64,000 nucleotides of DNA from Tubiluchus corallicola (lineage: Eukaryota > Animalia > Priapulida): contig JAQGDQ010000066.1 in NCBI GenBank assembly GCA_030141605.1, positions 434,001 to 498,000 on the forward strand, read 5' to 3'. The first letter of the stretch is position 1, and every line of letters begins with the position of its first letter. The position numbers and the translations under genes are program-made. This document shows, piece by piece, positions 60,723 through 64,000 of this stretch. The notes beneath the pieces are model-generated. The model was not told where the DNA came from. It did not search any database and was given only the letters and a program-made list of their open reading frames with translations.

Positions 60723-63192
60723 ATGCCAGTGCCTGTAATAATGGAAATGACTGATGCTCATCGAATGTTCCTGCAGGCCATGATGTGCAGAGGAATTCTT
60801 AATGCGAGAGAAGTGCGGCAGTTGTATAAAGACTGTTGTGAGTAATACATTAATATTAATACAAATTTATCTAATTTCACAGTCAAATATATTCTTCAGA
60901 AATCAGAATTAGGACAGTGGTAGAGAGTGTAAACTCTGTTCATCTTGATTATGTTTCATTTTTTTGATTATTTTTTAGTATTTTTAGTAAAAAAATATTG
61001 CTGCCCATACCTATTGGTAGGCAGGGATGGCACCAAAACTGAAATTAAACATGAACTGAAACCGAAATTTATGAATTATGGGAAGTTCTGTAATAAGTAG
61101 GATACTTTGTTTATGTTTGTTTACTCTCGTCTGCTGTTGTGCAAGCTTGATTAAATTTCAGTTGATTGTGCCTGGAGACCTTAAAGCTTCATTTCTGTAA
61201 CAACTCCGATAGGGATAGACTGTACGGTATCGCTCTTTGTAACCTCGACACACAAGGAGGACAAGTAGTTGGCCCATTGCTCAGAGGTTTTCTTCCATTC
61301 TTACATGACTAGTTACTAATTTAAGGCTTAGTAGACCTAGCAAGACCACCACAGAGTCCTCCTTGGGTGAAATCTCAAAAAATACACACGAGTATCATTT
61401 GAACCAGAACCTCTGGATCAGCAGCAATGTGCCATGCCGCTCGCCCACTGTGACTTCCGTAGTAGTAGGCTAGTAATTAAATACTTTTATAGGCACAATT
61501 CATCAAAATTAAACTTCCACTCTCATTCAGAATTTTGCTGAAGTTTAGTTTTCAAAAAGCAAATGTTTCACTAATGCCGTGATCAGTAAAAATCAAACAG
61601 TTTGTAATCAATAATCAACACACTATTTATTACTTGATGTACAAACAGTAAAACTCCTAGACTACTTTATATATGAAAGAACCACTTGATTCTTTTCTGG
61701 TTTTTGAAATGCCTTTCAGATACTTATTATTTTTACTAGCTAATCCAACAGAATCTGATGCAGAACCTGCCAAAATACAACAGTTTGTCAGCACGATAAA
61801 CTCTACGTTGAGACGTTATTCCATGGAAGTGAGAAAAGGCATCTCAGAAGTTGACGGATCTCATCACTACGCATTGGTAATTTTGAGTGTACTGTTTATG
61901 CAAAATGTGTGTTGCATCGGCTAGTGGTGTACAAGACCTTGAACTCTCAGAAAAATTTCAAAGTTGCTACCAAAAATCCGCCAATACAACTGCAATAATA
62001 ATGGTTCATGTTTCTCATTTGATAAATTTTAATAAACAGTGGGAGGGTACGACGTTTGTAAATGGGTTTTTCACAATGTTCACGTGACCTATTGTTTCAG
62101 CAAATTTAATTTTCGTGTATAATGTCAATCGAGGACGTAAGGCTGCAAAAGTCTAAAATGCAAACCGAAGGTGTTTGCGTGATAATAATTATTAAATTTC
62201 TGGATCAGTTTGAGTTTTTCTTAAACAATTTTAACAGATCAAGTCACCTATAAACATGACGAAAATTCAAATTCCATTCATTATGCATTGTTACGTTGTA
62301 AGACATTTTACTATTACTTCGTTAAGCATGGGCCTTTTCTCACTGATTTTGCATTTCAGGTAAATGTTGTTGAAAGTGACATAACAAAATTGGCTTCGGA
62401 CTATACAGTTAACGAGCTGGAATTATTCAAGAAAATGGTAAAAATTACTGTTCTGTAATGATAATGCAAATGTCTAAAAATTAGATTTTTGTGTGGTAAA
62501 GTTTAATAAACAACCAAAACTAACCACTTTGAATACTTCATGAACTTTGTCCTATGTCTAAAAAATGCCAAAGTTATTGATTAAAAATTGCAAAAATTAA
62601 AGTCATATTCTGTGGTTCTTTTATAATTTCATATGTTGCCACGAAAAAAACTTAATTACTAAAAAACAAGTAGGGACTTGTATACCCCTCTTAGGTAAAT
62701 TTCGCTGGAAAAGAATAATTTGACGTTTTCACAATGTGTAGTGATTACGAAACAATGGTGTATTTTATCTGGTGATGAAAAAGCTCATAATTGTATCGTC
62801 AGTAAATAACTATATTATGCTCAACTGCTGGCGATCAGGGTGTACCAAAAATTGTGCACAGCACGCAGTTACACTATCTTGTCTTCCAATTCAGCAAATA
62901 ACTGACATATTACCTAGTTTGTTACACATAATCAAATACTACATTTCTGTTTTTAAGAAAGCAATTTTGAAATTTGTGTTTTAAAAGGAATTATACTTTT
63001 CCCTTTTCAAAACAGTAATGACTGATTGTCATTTATGATTGCTTTCAGATTGGTGTAATGGTGGAGTCTGATTCCGGTGTCATTTCTTCTATAGAAGCAC
63101 TAAATCTCACCGAAACTCTGGAGAAAAAAATGACCAAGTCAGCTGCTGAAGGATTCATAAAGCAGCTTATTGCTGACAAGTGGCTGCATCAG
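60723..63192 (+). CDS. NSMCE1: NSE1 homolog, SMC5-SMC6 complex component; first four coding exons 60723..60837, 61740..61876, 62360..62437, 63049..63192; continues beyond the window
   Basis: Spliced translation MPVPVIMEMTDAHRMFLQAMMCRGIL...FVSTINSTLRRYSMEVRKGISEVDGSHHYAL/VNVVESDITKLASDYTVNELELFKKM/IGVMVESDSG...KKMTKSAAEGFIKQLIADKWLHQ matches the NSE1 N-terminal region (MTD.HR.FLQ, YALVN, NEL.LF.K, KW). GT-AG phases 1,0,0 are consistent. Confidence 0.92.
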
Positions 63193-64000
63193 GTACAATG
63201 CGGCTATTGTTTCTTTATAGATATTTACTCGTTTTAGTGCCCATGCCTAATTAAAGGCCCATCCGAATATATGCTTAATGAAATAGAATGGAAAACACAA
63301 TAAGTGCCCATGTTTGAATAGCCATCCTGGCACAAGTCAATGTATTGAAAGAATTTTGTAATTTTAGTTCATATACCTAACTTTACTATTGCCCATTCTT
63401 GTTAACATATTAACGTAACTTATTAACGCAATCAGATTAACGTAAAAAGGCGCGAATGTTTATAAAATGCCATAATACCTGTCCCCATCTCATTTGTGGA
63501 GATAACACATATTTATTTAATAGTGTTTTCATCCGATACCCGAATAATTGACAAAGCCTGATAAATGAAAATTCAATTGTCATTCTATCAATCATTTAGG
63601 TGTAGCAGGCTTAAAATACTGTGGAAAAGCTAAAAGGTTGATTAGTTTTCTTAAACTGTCGCAGTTTACTGCAAAAACTAAATATTTACACATTTATGTG
63701 ATGGTGGCTTCGTCGCCTTTACCTGCCTTACGCATTCCATCCTAGCAATGGATGAGTGACCATGAGTCTTCAACGGTAAAATTTACAGCATGATCCGAAG
63801 CACGGTGTGCAAATATGCATATGCTATACTGCTACGGATAAATTTGGCATACAAAAGACTAAAAAGTAATAAGTGGCTTTAAGAGCCCATACTTCTTCAT
63901 TAAACGCCTGTTTCTATATTGGTCCAGTAATTGGTTTAGTTTAAAAAATAAGAGCCCAGCCTCTAAAATGATAGTAAATATGATAGTTCTTTGTTATTCA

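Overview
AT-rich eukaryotic (invertebrate animal-like) genomic DNA with spliceosomal GT-AG introns; no prokaryotic features. I reconstructed the host genes by hand from splice sites and reading frames: the last two coding exons of IQUB (+), a complete 6-exon ASB13-like ankyrin/SOCS-box gene (-), GTF3C3 (TFIIIC TPR subunit) with an intronless CDS (+), two paralogous single-exon GT61 glycosyltransferases (+) resembling plant-type beta-1,2-xylosyltransferase, a complete 6-exon secernin gene (-) whose last intron contains the second GT61 gene on the opposite strand, and the first four coding exons of NSMCE1 (+). Between the GT61 paralogs lies an intact 1573-aa Ty3/Gypsy gag-pol ORF with no recognisable LTR, PBS or PPT. 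The rest is decayed LINE fragments, SINEs, DNA-transposon derivatives, tandem duplications, microsatellites and a long palindrome. Most notable: the LTR-less intact gag-pol, the GT61 pair sharing two His->Phe motif changes, the nested GT61 gene and the intronless GTF3C3. Family assignments rest on recalled motifs, not database searches.
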